This document shows positions 36,162-43,052 of a stretch of DNA of 43,052 nucleotides, piece after piece. This DNA comes from a virus (Duplodnaviria; Caudoviricetes). Each line of letters opens with the position of its first letter. The first letter of the stretch is position 1. Position numbers and translations under genes: made by a program. The stretch covers positions 1 to 43,052 of IMG/VR virus record IMGVR_UViG_3300032373_000035. One strand, given 5' to 3'. The notes under the pieces are model-generated. The model was given only the letters and a program-made list of their open reading frames with translations, had not been told where the DNA came from and made no database searches.

Positions 36162-36530
36162 ATGATGAGAAGCGCGCATACCGCACAACGGTCGAAGCGT
36201 AGGCTTATGCCAGCGTGGATCGCCGCTACCGCCGAGCAGCATCTCGTAGACGCAGCTAAGATGGGCATGCCCTACAGCTGTGCTTGCGGGGAGGCTTGGA
36301 CGGATGGTGAGGATCCGAAGACGGGGGAAACCCTGTCTGGACTCTCGAACGCGATCCAATGCGGATTCTGCAAGAACCAGCTTTCGCCCGAAGTGTACAA
36401 GCATCGCGCCGTGACGTTCACGGACGCGGACACTGGAATGGCCTACATCGTGTGGCAGCGGGGATGGAAAGCCGTCCAATGCGTTCGCCCGGATGTGGAC
36501 GAGTGGAAGAAAGCGAATCAAGAAAAGTGA
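36162..36530 (+). CDS. Early hypothetical protein with Cys pairs
   Basis: GAGACAGACATG leader; CAC and CGFC. Confidence 0.7.
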   Translation: MMRSAHTAQRSKRRLMPAWIAATAEQHLVDAAKMGMPYSCACGEAWTDGEDPKTGETLSGLSNAIQCGFCKNQLSPEVYKHRAVTFTDADTGMAYIVWQRGWKAVQCVRPDVDEWKKANQEK

Positions 36531-36582
36531 CAACCCATCGTTCGGTTCCCCGAAACGTCCCGCTTAGTAGGGGGACCGAGCA

Positions 36583-36644
36583 CCACTAGAACAGACTGGC
36601 CTTGACGCGGCCTAGTGGCTCCCGGCAACGGGTCTAACAGTCTG
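36583..36644 (+). ncRNA. HDV-like ribozyme candidate 2
   Basis: P1 CCACTAG/CTAGTGG, P2 CAGACTG/CAGTCTG, P3 GCC/GGC, L3 TTGACGC, P4 CCCG-GCAA-CGGG, J4/2 TCTAA. Confidence 0.85.
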
Positions 36645-36666
36645 ATAACTCCAACAAAGGACAGTG

Positions 36667-36888
36667 ATGGATAACAACGTGAACGAAGTGTGCGATGCCA
36701 TTCTTGAGCGCATCCACAAGGCGGGACGGCTCTCGGATGAACTTCGAGAAGAGGGCGGTAACGAACGCTCCGTCGAAGGCTTGGAGCGCATGGTCACCTA
36801 TCTGTGCGCTGTCGTCGTCGCCCTCCGGGTCGATGTGGACAACAAGCAAAGCGTGCTTGAGTACCTCGCGGATCTTCCGCGCCTCTAG
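36667..36888 (+). CDS. Early hypothetical protein
   Basis: AAAGGACAGTGATG leader. Confidence 0.7.
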   Translation: MDNNVNEVCDAILERIHKAGRLSDELREEGGNERSVEGLERMVTYLCAVVVALRVDVDNKQSVLEYLADLPRL

Positions 36889-36918
36889 ACCGAGACAGAC
36901 ATCCAACAAAGGACAGTG

Positions 36919-37236
36919 ATGGACAAGACAAGACAGCAGGATCTTCGCGCCCTGTGGCAAAGGTACTTCGACGGAGAACTCTTCCCGGAGACCTGCGAGG
37001 ACTGGATCGAGAGCCGTATCGGTGAACGGTCCTGGGCTTCGCTCGCCAACAACGGAGACACTTGCGCCGTCCCTGCGCTTCTCGGTGCGCCGCACGATAG
37101 CGTGCCGTTCAACACCGTGGAAGACCGGCTCGGTATGGCCTTCTGGTCTGCCGTGTCGGCGCAGAACAGGGGTGGAGCTAGGTACATCTTCGAGGCTCTG
37201 GGAGCGCTTGCACAAGAGCGGGGGGTGGCTCGATGA
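36919..37236 (+). CDS. Early hypothetical protein
   Basis: Same 22-bp leader as the previous gene. Confidence 0.7.
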   Translation: MDKTRQQDLRALWQRYFDGELFPETCEDWIESRIGERSWASLANNGDTCAVPALLGAPHDSVPFNTVEDRLGMAFWSAVSAQNRGGARYIFEALGALAQERGVAR

Positions 37237-37439
37237 AGCTCCACCCTAGCGTGACCCAAGAGCGGATCATGGAGCGAGCCATAGCAGGTATGTACGGGTT
37301 GGATAACCCTGGTATCTGTAGGGCTTGCGGCGAAGACCAGGAAGGCTGCGAGCCTGACGCAGAGCACTACACTTGCGAGTGCTGCGATGCGAACGAAGTG
37401 TTCGGTGCCGAACAACTCCTCATCATGTACGGCGGATGA
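37233..37439 (+). CDS. Small zinc-ribbon protein
   Basis: GICRACG..EPDAEHYTCECCDANEVFGAE; ATGA overlap. Confidence 0.75.
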   Translation: MKLHPSVTQERIMERAIAGMYGLDNPGICRACGEDQEGCEPDAEHYTCECCDANEVFGAEQLLIMYGG

Positions 37440-37504
37440 CGAAACAAACCATCTGTGAGATCGCCTTCATCGGTCTCCTCATCCTCTCAACCTTCCTCAT
37501 CTAA
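37436..37504 (+). CDS. 22-aa hydrophobic peptide (not in ORF track)
   Basis: MTKQTICEIAFIGLLILSTFLI; ATGA coupling, stop directly before the hairpin of ribozyme 3. Confidence 0.55.
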   Translation: MTKQTICEIAFIGLLILSTFLI

Positions 37505-37522
37505 CAGGGGCCTTCGGGCCTA

Positions 37523-37583
37523 CCCCTGGAATGACTCGGCCTTGACGCGGCCCAGGGGCTCCCATTGTGGGTCTAACGGAGTC
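37523..37583 (+). ncRNA. HDV-like ribozyme candidate 3
   Basis: P1 CCCCTGG/CCAGGGG, P2 GACTCG/CGGAGTC, P3 GCC/GGC, L3 TTGACGC, P4 CCCA-TTG-TGGG, J4/2 TCTAA. Confidence 0.8.
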
Positions 37584-37609
37584 GGACAGACATCCAGCAA
37601 AGGACAGAC

Positions 37610-37930
37610 ATGGACATCCAGAAAGCGGAACCTCGCACCGAGCCTTCCATCCGGACTCGGACTCGGACTCGGACTGTTGAGGTTGAGGAGGAAGTCGAGG
37701 TGACATCCGGGTTCGACCTGGAAGTTTCCCTCAGCCTCCAGGAAGCGGAGCACTTGCGGGCTCTCCTCAAGTGTTCAGACCTCCTGGACCCGTTGTTCTA
37801 CCGGGTTGAGCGTCTCCTTCATATCGCAACTGAAGCGGACCACACTCCCTTCAGTCGTGGGCAGATGGAGCGGGGTGGCACCCGCATCCCGGTCAACGGA
37901 CTCGAATTCAACGGCGGGAAGAAGTTCTAG
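37610..37930 (+). CDS. Early hypothetical protein (LxxxEAxxLxALL family)
   Basis: AAAGGACAGACATG leader; (CGGACT)4 microsatellite at 37652-37675. Confidence 0.7.
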   Translation: MDIQKAEPRTEPSIRTRTRTRTVEVEEEVEVTSGFDLEVSLSLQEAEHLRALLKCSDLLDPLFYRVERLLHIATEADHTPFSRGQMERGGTRIPVNGLEFNGGKKF

Positions 37931-37934
37931 AATC

Positions 37935-38189
37935 ATGAAAAGCAAATGCAAAGTCGAGGCTGTGAAGCTCGAACCCGTGTTCAAGGTGAGCATTGAGCTT
38001 ACCCTCGAAGACGCCCGGAACCTGCAAGCCCTGTGCTGGACGATTCCTGCGGATCGTCTGGGCGGTTCTGAGGTGCTGTGCGACCTGTACTACAAACTGT
38101 CTAGTGCAGTGAACGACTACCCTGGTGTCGCTAAGAACGTCGAAGTCAACGGCGAGGAAATCTCCTGCAACACCCTGACTTTCCGATAG
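37935..38189 (+). CDS. Early hypothetical protein (LxxxEAxxLxALL family)
   Basis: ELTLEDARNLQALCWTI..LYYKL..VNG..CNTLTFR, similar to 40778. Confidence 0.7.
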   Translation: MKSKCKVEAVKLEPVFKVSIELTLEDARNLQALCWTIPADRLGGSEVLCDLYYKLSSAVNDYPGVAKNVEVNGEEISCNTLTFR

Positions 38190-38198
38190 AGGACAGAC

Positions 38199-38657
38199 AT
38201 GAAGAACAAGAACCTGCGAAGAGACATCATCGCCAAACAACGGCGTATCACGATCCGGGACCTCCGGAAAACCCTCAGGCAAGCCAGGAAGGGACTACCC
38301 GAGGGTAGCTCTCACCTGAGCCCCGAGGACAAGGCGCTGTGGATAGCAGCTCTCCGGTCTGGTCAGTTCAGACAGGGGAAGTTTTGCCTCCAGCCCGCCA
38401 AGGATACCTACTGTTGCCTTGGTGTGCTGAACTGCCTAGTGCCTGAGGAAAAACAGGCAGACCCGGGGAACTCGTACCTGAGCTTCCTCCCGAAAGAAAT
38501 CCAGCGTCCCCTCGCTGGGGCTAATGACCTGATGCATGGGGCGGATGCCACAAATGGGTGGCTGCTGTACATCAACAAAGATCCTATCGGAGAGGCCACC
38601 CCTCAGATCGCACCCACCTTTCACCAACTCGCAAGAGTCATCGAGGAGGAGTTGTAA
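38199..38657 (+). CDS. WxxALRSG...CCLGVL family protein
   Basis: LWIAALRSGQFRQG..YCCLGVL..AND..TFHQLARVIE. Confidence 0.8.
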   Translation: MKNKNLRRDIIAKQRRITIRDLRKTLRQARKGLPEGSSHLSPEDKALWIAALRSGQFRQGKFCLQPAKDTYCCLGVLNCLVPEEKQADPGNSYLSFLPKEIQRPLAGANDLMHGADATNGWLLYINKDPIGEATPQIAPTFHQLARVIEEEL

Positions 38658-38660
38658 GGC

Positions 38661-39083
38661 ATGAAGCTCGAACAGATCAAGAAGATCCGTGACGATTGGG
38701 TCGCGGCTCTCCGGAGCGGTGAGTACACACAAGGCAGAAAGACCTTGTACCGAGGGCCGGTTGACTCGGAGCACGAAGTTCCAGCAACTTACTGCTGCCT
38801 GGGTGTGCTCGCTGCCCAGAGTGGGGTGAGCGAGACGGAACTAGCGGACCTCCACTACCTGGACGACCTGAATATCCCCGGAGTAGCGGCGCTGGAGACA
38901 GCAGCGGATGCGCTGGGCCAGCTGATCCCACTAGATGCTCTGAAGCCAGACGGGACCATCATGACCGTGAACTGGGACCACAAGCTCTTCGCTGAGTTGA
39001 ACGACTCCCAGGGTAAGACGTTCGCTGATATCGCGGACATCCTGGAGAAGATGGACCTGTCCACGACTCCCCCGGAGAACTAG
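38661..39083 (+). CDS. WxxALRSG...CCLGVL family protein
   Basis: DWVAALRSGEYTQG..YCCLGVL..LND..TFADIADILE. Confidence 0.8.
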   Translation: MKLEQIKKIRDDWVAALRSGEYTQGRKTLYRGPVDSEHEVPATYCCLGVLAAQSGVSETELADLHYLDDLNIPGVAALETAADALGQLIPLDALKPDGTIMTVNWDHKLFAELNDSQGKTFADIADILEKMDLSTTPPEN

Positions 39084-39710
39084 ATGGGAGACTTCAGCAA
39101 GCCGAGCAAAATGCCCTGGCTGGCCTGGAGCACCCCAGCTAAGGACTGCAAGAACGGTAGCAAGCTCCACGATGTGCCTGGGAGCGTCTGTGAAGGGTGC
39201 TACGCACTCCGGGGCTTCTACAACATGGGAACCACCCGGCGAGCTATGGCGCGCAGACAGGCAGCCTGGAAGGAACCTGGGTGGACGGGTCGGATGATTG
39301 ACGACCTGTACGAAGAGTCCCAGAAGGTAGCGCCGAGCCTACGGTTCTTCCGATGGTTCGACTCAGGAGACATCCAGAGTGTCGCCCAGCTGCACAAGAT
39401 CGTGCTGATTGCGGAGGCACTGCCGGGGATCGGGTTCTACCTTCCGACCAAAGAGTACGGGATCGTGAGACAGTACTTGAAGCGGAATGAGGTCTATGGA
39501 TTCCCCAGGAACCTAGTGGTGCGTCCAAGCGCACCTATGGTAGATGAGGACATGGTACCCATCCCCGGACTCACCCGCTCCAAGGTCGAGAGCGACCCGG
39601 ACATGAACTCTCCGGATACCTGCCCGGCTAAGTTGCAGGCTAACAAGTGCTGGGATTGCAGGATGTGCTGGGATCCCGAGCAAGAACTCATCATCTACCC
39701 TCACCATTGA
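39084..39710 (+). CDS. GP88-like Cys-rich protein
   Basis: SKPSKMP..PAKDC..GSVCEGCYA, FRWFDSGD, LPTKE, CPA..CWDCRMCWD. Confidence 0.7.
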   Translation: MGDFSKPSKMPWLAWSTPAKDCKNGSKLHDVPGSVCEGCYALRGFYNMGTTRRAMARRQAAWKEPGWTGRMIDDLYEESQKVAPSLRFFRWFDSGDIQSVAQLHKIVLIAEALPGIGFYLPTKEYGIVRQYLKRNEVYGFPRNLVVRPSAPMVDEDMVPIPGLTRSKVESDPDMNSPDTCPAKLQANKCWDCRMCWDPEQELIIYPHH

Positions 39711-39775
39711 TCGTATTCGTCCTAGCAGGGCTCTTCGTCCTGTTCATCATCGTCAACCTGGACTACGAGTGGTAG
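39707..39775 (+). CDS. 22-aa hydrophobic peptide (TTG start, not in ORF track)
   Basis: MIVFVLAGLFVLFIIVNLDYEW; TTGA overlap with the previous stop. Confidence 0.45.
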   Translation: MIVFVLAGLFVLFIIVNLDYEW

Positions 39776-39797
39776 TCCCAAGCAAGAGACAGACAAA

Positions 39798-40766
39798 ATG
39801 CACGAAATTACTGAGACAGACAACGCGATGTACGTTGGGAAACCGGCATGGCACGGACTCGGAACCGTGGTGCCGGAAGCCAACGCTCGGACCTTCGTTC
39901 GGGATGCTGGTATCGGGGATGAGATCCTCGAACGGCCTCTCTACGATGGGGACATGAACCAGCTTGAAGGCTGGAAGGCCATCGTCCACTCCGGGAACGG
40001 TAACGTCCTGAACGTGGCGCGGAACACCTACAAGGTGATCCAACCTGCGTTCCTCCAGGAAGTCTGCAATGTCCTGGCGGATGACGGGGCGACCCCAGAG
40101 GCTGGGTTCAGTATGAACGGCGGGAAGGAACTCGCTGTCCTGCTCAACCTGAACGCCCCCCTGGTTCTTCCTTCGGGTGAGGATCATGTGGTGCCGTATG
40201 CCATCATGCATACCAGCCACGATGGGACGGCAGCCTTGACCCTCTCCGGTACTACCATCCGGGTGCAGTGTAAGAACATGCTGCGGATGGCCTTCGGATG
40301 CCGGAAGGCTGAGGGAGTCTATCGGATCACCCACAAGGGTAACGTGGAGTCCGAGCAGGAGACCCTGCTGGCTTCCCTGTCCGGTATCCGCCGACAGCTG
40401 GAGGAATTCGAGGCCCGTGCCTCCCTGCTCTGTGAGGTCAAGGTCTCCGAGCAGGACCGAAGGGATCTGATCGAGGGTGCCTACAGGTACATCAACGATC
40501 TGGAGGAACTCCCGCAAGGGGGAGACAGCAAGGGTGAGAAGTCCAGGCTGACCCGGTGGAAGAACTTCCAAGCGGAGTCCACGCTGGTCTACCACGGACC
40601 CACCTGTGACAACATCCGGGGTACTGCCTGGGGTGTCATGAACAGCATGACGGAGGTGTTGGAGAAGTCCAACTCGAAGGACCGTAGCGCCTCCCGAGTC
40701 AACGGCACCATCTCCCGGAAGCGGGAGGATGTGGCTACCTACATCACCGAGACCATCCTGAGCTAG
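39798..40766 (+). CDS. DUF932/DUF945-family phage-plasmid protein
   Basis: MHEI..PAWHGLG, YKVIQ, EAGFSMNGGK, TSHDGT, IRVQCKNML, ITHKG, GTAWGVMNSMTE. Confidence 0.85.
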   Translation: MHEITETDNAMYVGKPAWHGLGTVVPEANARTFVRDAGIGDEILERPLYDGDMNQLEGWKAIVHSGNGNVLNVARNTYKVIQPAFLQEVCNVLADDGATPEAGFSMNGGKELAVLLNLNAPLVLPSGEDHVVPYAIMHTSHDGTAALTLSGTTIRVQCKNMLRMAFGCRKAEGVYRITHKGNVESEQETLLASLSGIRRQLEEFEARASLLCEVKVSEQDRRDLIEGAYRYINDLEELPQGGDSKGEKSRLTRWKNFQAESTLVYHGPTCDNIRGTAWGVMNSMTEVLEKSNSKDRSASRVNGTISRKREDVATYITETILS

Positions 40767-40777
40767 AGGAGACAGAC

Positions 40778-41062
40778 ATGGAAACCAAAGCCAGTCTTGA
40801 AGTTGTCAAGACCATGAAGGAAGAAGTTGTCACCACCGAGGTCTCCGAGACCTTCGTGGATGTGAGGCTGAAGCTCACCATCACGGAAGCATCGAAGATG
40901 CGGGCTCTCCTCTGGGGTATCAAACCCGAGGACTGTCCCGAACTGTATGAGATGTACTTCACTCTCGGAAACGTGCTCCGGGAGCACGATGAGGACTTCA
41001 AAGACTACGCAGTCTATGTGAACGGCGCATGGCTGGCGTGCAACCGACTCGAATTCAAGTGA
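40778..41062 (+). CDS. Early hypothetical protein (LxxxEAxxLxALL family)
   Basis: GAGGAGACAGACATG leader; KLTITEASKMRALLWGI..CNRLEFK. Confidence 0.75.
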   Translation: METKASLEVVKTMKEEVVTTEVSETFVDVRLKLTITEASKMRALLWGIKPEDCPELYEMYFTLGNVLREHDEDFKDYAVYVNGAWLACNRLEFK

Positions 41063-41082
41063 AACCCAACAGAAAAAGAGAC

Positions 41083-41358
41083 ATGATCTACGAACGATTC
41101 GCATTCGAGAAACCCGAACCCGAGCGGCAGGATGCTGTAATCAGCATCAAGTTGGACCCCGAGGCTGCCGATCAACTCGCAGTCTTCCTGGGGAACATCG
41201 GCGGGGACCACCACACCACCCTGCGGGGGTTCTTCGACCTGATGGCCCGTCAGCTGGACTCCCAGGGGTACACCTTCGGAAACGGGGCGAGTAAAGGGTA
41301 CCTCATGGGGAAACTGGCTCGCCTTACCAGCAACACCGTCGTATTCCAGAAACAGTAG
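41083..41358 (+). CDS. Early hypothetical protein
   Basis: AAAGAGACATG leader; IKLDPEAADQLAVFLG. Confidence 0.65.
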   Translation: MIYERFAFEKPEPERQDAVISIKLDPEAADQLAVFLGNIGGDHHTTLRGFFDLMARQLDSQGYTFGNGASKGYLMGKLARLTSNTVVFQKQ

Positions 41359-41360
41359 AC

Positions 41361-41612
41361 ATGATCGCATCAACCAACATCCACCACGTTCGCTCCCTTC
41401 GCATCTCCTTCGACAACTGCGGAACGTCAGCCTGGCTGAAGCTAGACGCCCGCACCGGGGAGGAGAACAGCTGTGACCACTTCTCCATCACCCTGTTCAA
41501 GCGGAAGGAGGAATCCTACCTGGATCTCATGCGGGGTCTAGTCAACCAGCTGGAGAGTGAAATCTCCAGGATCGGGACCGCGCGGACCCTCGCCAAAGCG
41601 TCGAGGGAATAG
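41361..41612 (+). CDS. Early hypothetical protein
   Basis: Tightly packed ORF after TAGACATG. Confidence 0.65.
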   Translation: MIASTNIHHVRSLRISFDNCGTSAWLKLDARTGEENSCDHFSITLFKRKEESYLDLMRGLVNQLESEISRIGTARTLAKASRE

Positions 41613-42076
41613 TGACGGACAAGAATAAGACACTGGCACCGGGGTCCTACTACCTGGGCTCCCTGTGGAAGTGCTACACCCGAGAGGGCATCTATCAGGA
41701 GGTCGCCGGAGTGATTGACCTGATGAGGGTAGCAGTGCCGACAACGCTGCTCTCCCTGGAGAATCTCATGATCCGCCAACGGTTGTGGGAGTACAACAGG
41801 AGGAACCGCTGCTCCCGAGAACTCCATGCGGTTCTCTTCCTGGTGTCAGCGGACACTCACGACAAGGACCTCTGCAAACAGGCAGCTGAGTCCTTCAACC
41901 AGAGTGGGGGGAGCATCATGGACCGCCTCATCTGGGGTCAGACCAGGAGCTACCCGGACATGCCGTTCACGGCTAAGGACTGCGAGCTAGTCTTCCCCGA
42001 GGAGTCCCTGCAGGAGTCCATCACGGCGAGCCTTGCGCTCTACGATGGAGACCCCACCGGAAACAAGGAAGGGTAA
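41612..42076 (+). CDS. Early hypothetical protein
   Basis: GTG overlapping the previous TAG, SD-like GAGGGA. Confidence 0.65.
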   Translation: MTDKNKTLAPGSYYLGSLWKCYTREGIYQEVAGVIDLMRVAVPTTLLSLENLMIRQRLWEYNRRNRCSRELHAVLFLVSADTHDKDLCKQAAESFNQSGGSIMDRLIWGQTRSYPDMPFTAKDCELVFPEESLQESITASLALYDGDPTGNKEG

Positions 42077-42257
42077 CCCTTAGGGTAACCCTGGGGGGTT
42101 CCAGTTGTCTGTCCTGGGACTCCCCTTTCCTCCCTCTGTGTGGCTTCTACACCCTCACCCCTTTTGTTTTCCATCCTCGCTCACCCCTTCGGGGTTCACT
42201 CCTAGCTGGGGTCCCCAAAGGGGGTCAGGGGTCCCTCCATACGCTCTCTCTCTAAGC

Positions 42258-42608
42258 ATGATACACGATGATCCGGCCCCCTTTCGGGAGCTTCTTTGTA
42301 AAACTCCAGAGCCCGTCCTAAGTGCTGCTCCCTGCACTACTTGCAACGTGGTACCCCCAGAGAAACAGGGACCGTATCCGAAGAATGTCTGCCGTGTCTG
42401 CCACGAAGGACGAGGAGCAGAGAGGGCTAACGGTATCGCCGCAGCCATCAGGGTCATGGCCTTCACCAGCATTCAGGAACAACTAGATCATGCATCCGAC
42501 GAACAAGAACCTGCTCCCTGTCTTGGTGGACACCTTGGCAGAGAGGTTGAAGGACTACTGCCTCCGGGTGAGACAGGGACCCAAGACCACGAGAAATCTG
42601 CTGACTGA
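42258..42608 (+). CDS. Possible zinc-finger protein overlapping the RNAP start
   Basis: CTTC..CRVC; overlaps RNAP by 119 nt in another frame. Confidence 0.4.
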   Translation: MIHDDPAPFRELLCKTPEPVLSAAPCTTCNVVPPEKQGPYPKNVCRVCHEGRGAERANGIAAAIRVMAFTSIQEQLDHASDEQEPAPCLGGHLGREVEGLLPPGETGTQDHEKSAD

Positions 42609-43052
42609 CCATGTCTCTCACTCCTACCACGGTGCTGCAACTGTGGTCTGGGGGGTGCTTCTCAGTCACCTGGGTAAACCAAGATCCCACGCAGTCAACA
42701 AGATTGGGACATCCCTGAATGATGAGGGCATGGCCCGGTGGGTACAACGGAAGTACCCCTGGAAGTACCGCCAACTCCAAGCGGTATACACTTCCGGGGT
42801 GTTCCGTGGAATCCTCCGGAACTTCCCCGATGCCCCTAGCCTGACCCTCAAGGAGCGGGCTACCCTTGGCCTGGTGTGCTACGAGCTTGCACTCCTGGGT
42901 GGGGGGATCACGGAGAAGAAGATCAAGAAGGGCAAGAGGTGGGTCCGACACACCTTCGCCAGCCCTGGTCTTGAACAGTTCATCAGCGAGGCCCCCCCGG
43001 GTACCCCAGTAGCTTCCCCTGAGCCGCTCTCTGCCGTCCCCTGTGGAGATGT
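42490..43052 (+). CDS. T7-type RNA polymerase, N-terminal part (continues at window start)
   Basis: Hand translation MHPTNKNLLPVLVDTLAERLKDY..AVNKIGTSLNDE..LKERATLGLVCYELAL is open to the end and in frame with 3..1520; resembles T7 LLPKMIARINDW / IGRAIEDE. Confidence 0.85.
   Translation, partial: MHPTNKNLLPVLVDTLAERLKDYCLRVRQGPKTTRNLLTDHVSHSYHGAATVVWGVLLSHLGKPRSHAVNKIGTSLNDEGMARWVQRKYPWKYRQLQAVYTSGVFRGILRNFPDAPSLTLKERATLGLVCYELALLGGGITEKKIKKGKRWVRHTFASPGLEQFISEAPPGTPVASPEPLSAVPCGD

Noticed and set aside
36919-37236. Ocr-like DNA mimic
   Set aside because: Not strongly acidic, and no recognisable Ocr motif.
36095-37547. Three TTGACG boxes as sigma70 -35 elements
   Set aside because: No consistent -10 box at 16-18 bp, and the flanking covariation is explained by the HDV fold. 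A dual role is not excluded.
42175-42181. Fourth HDV-like element (TCCTCGC resembles canonical L3)
   Set aside because: The flanks cannot form P3 or P1.
42926-43052. 127-bp direct repeat as a biological terminal repeat
   Set aside because: It lies mid-RNAP and matches a typical k-mer overlap; the real ends more likely lie near 35 kb.

Overview
Apparently complete, circularly permuted T7-like (Autographiviridae-type) podophage genome. Bases 1-127 equal 42926-43052, which looks like an assembler overlap, giving about 42,925 bp of unique sequence. The probable physical ends lie in the repeat-rich non-coding stretch at about 34.95-35.6 kb. Reading from there, the order is: about 7 kb of small early genes (+); a compact, divergent single-subunit RNA polymerase split by the contig junction (42490..end + 1..1520, about 651 aa); a replication module (SSB, MazG, nuclease, primase-helicase, PolA, EndoVII, exonuclease, DUF3310) interrupted by accessory genes; an 18.3-kb morphogenesis/packaging block on the MINUS strand; and a divergent tail-fibre unit (+). 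The top finding is three intergenic copies of an HDV-like double-pseudoknot RNA (36075, 36583, 37523). They share an invariant core, fully covarying P1/P2/P4 helices and non-canonical cleavage-site pairs, and each follows a hairpin and precedes an early gene, suggesting ribozyme-based processing of early mRNA. A second, unidentified T-loop-like RNA motif occurs twice, directly after two accessory genes. I recognised no endolysin, ligase, integrase, tRNA or CRISPR array. All calls come from reading motifs by eye; no searches were run.
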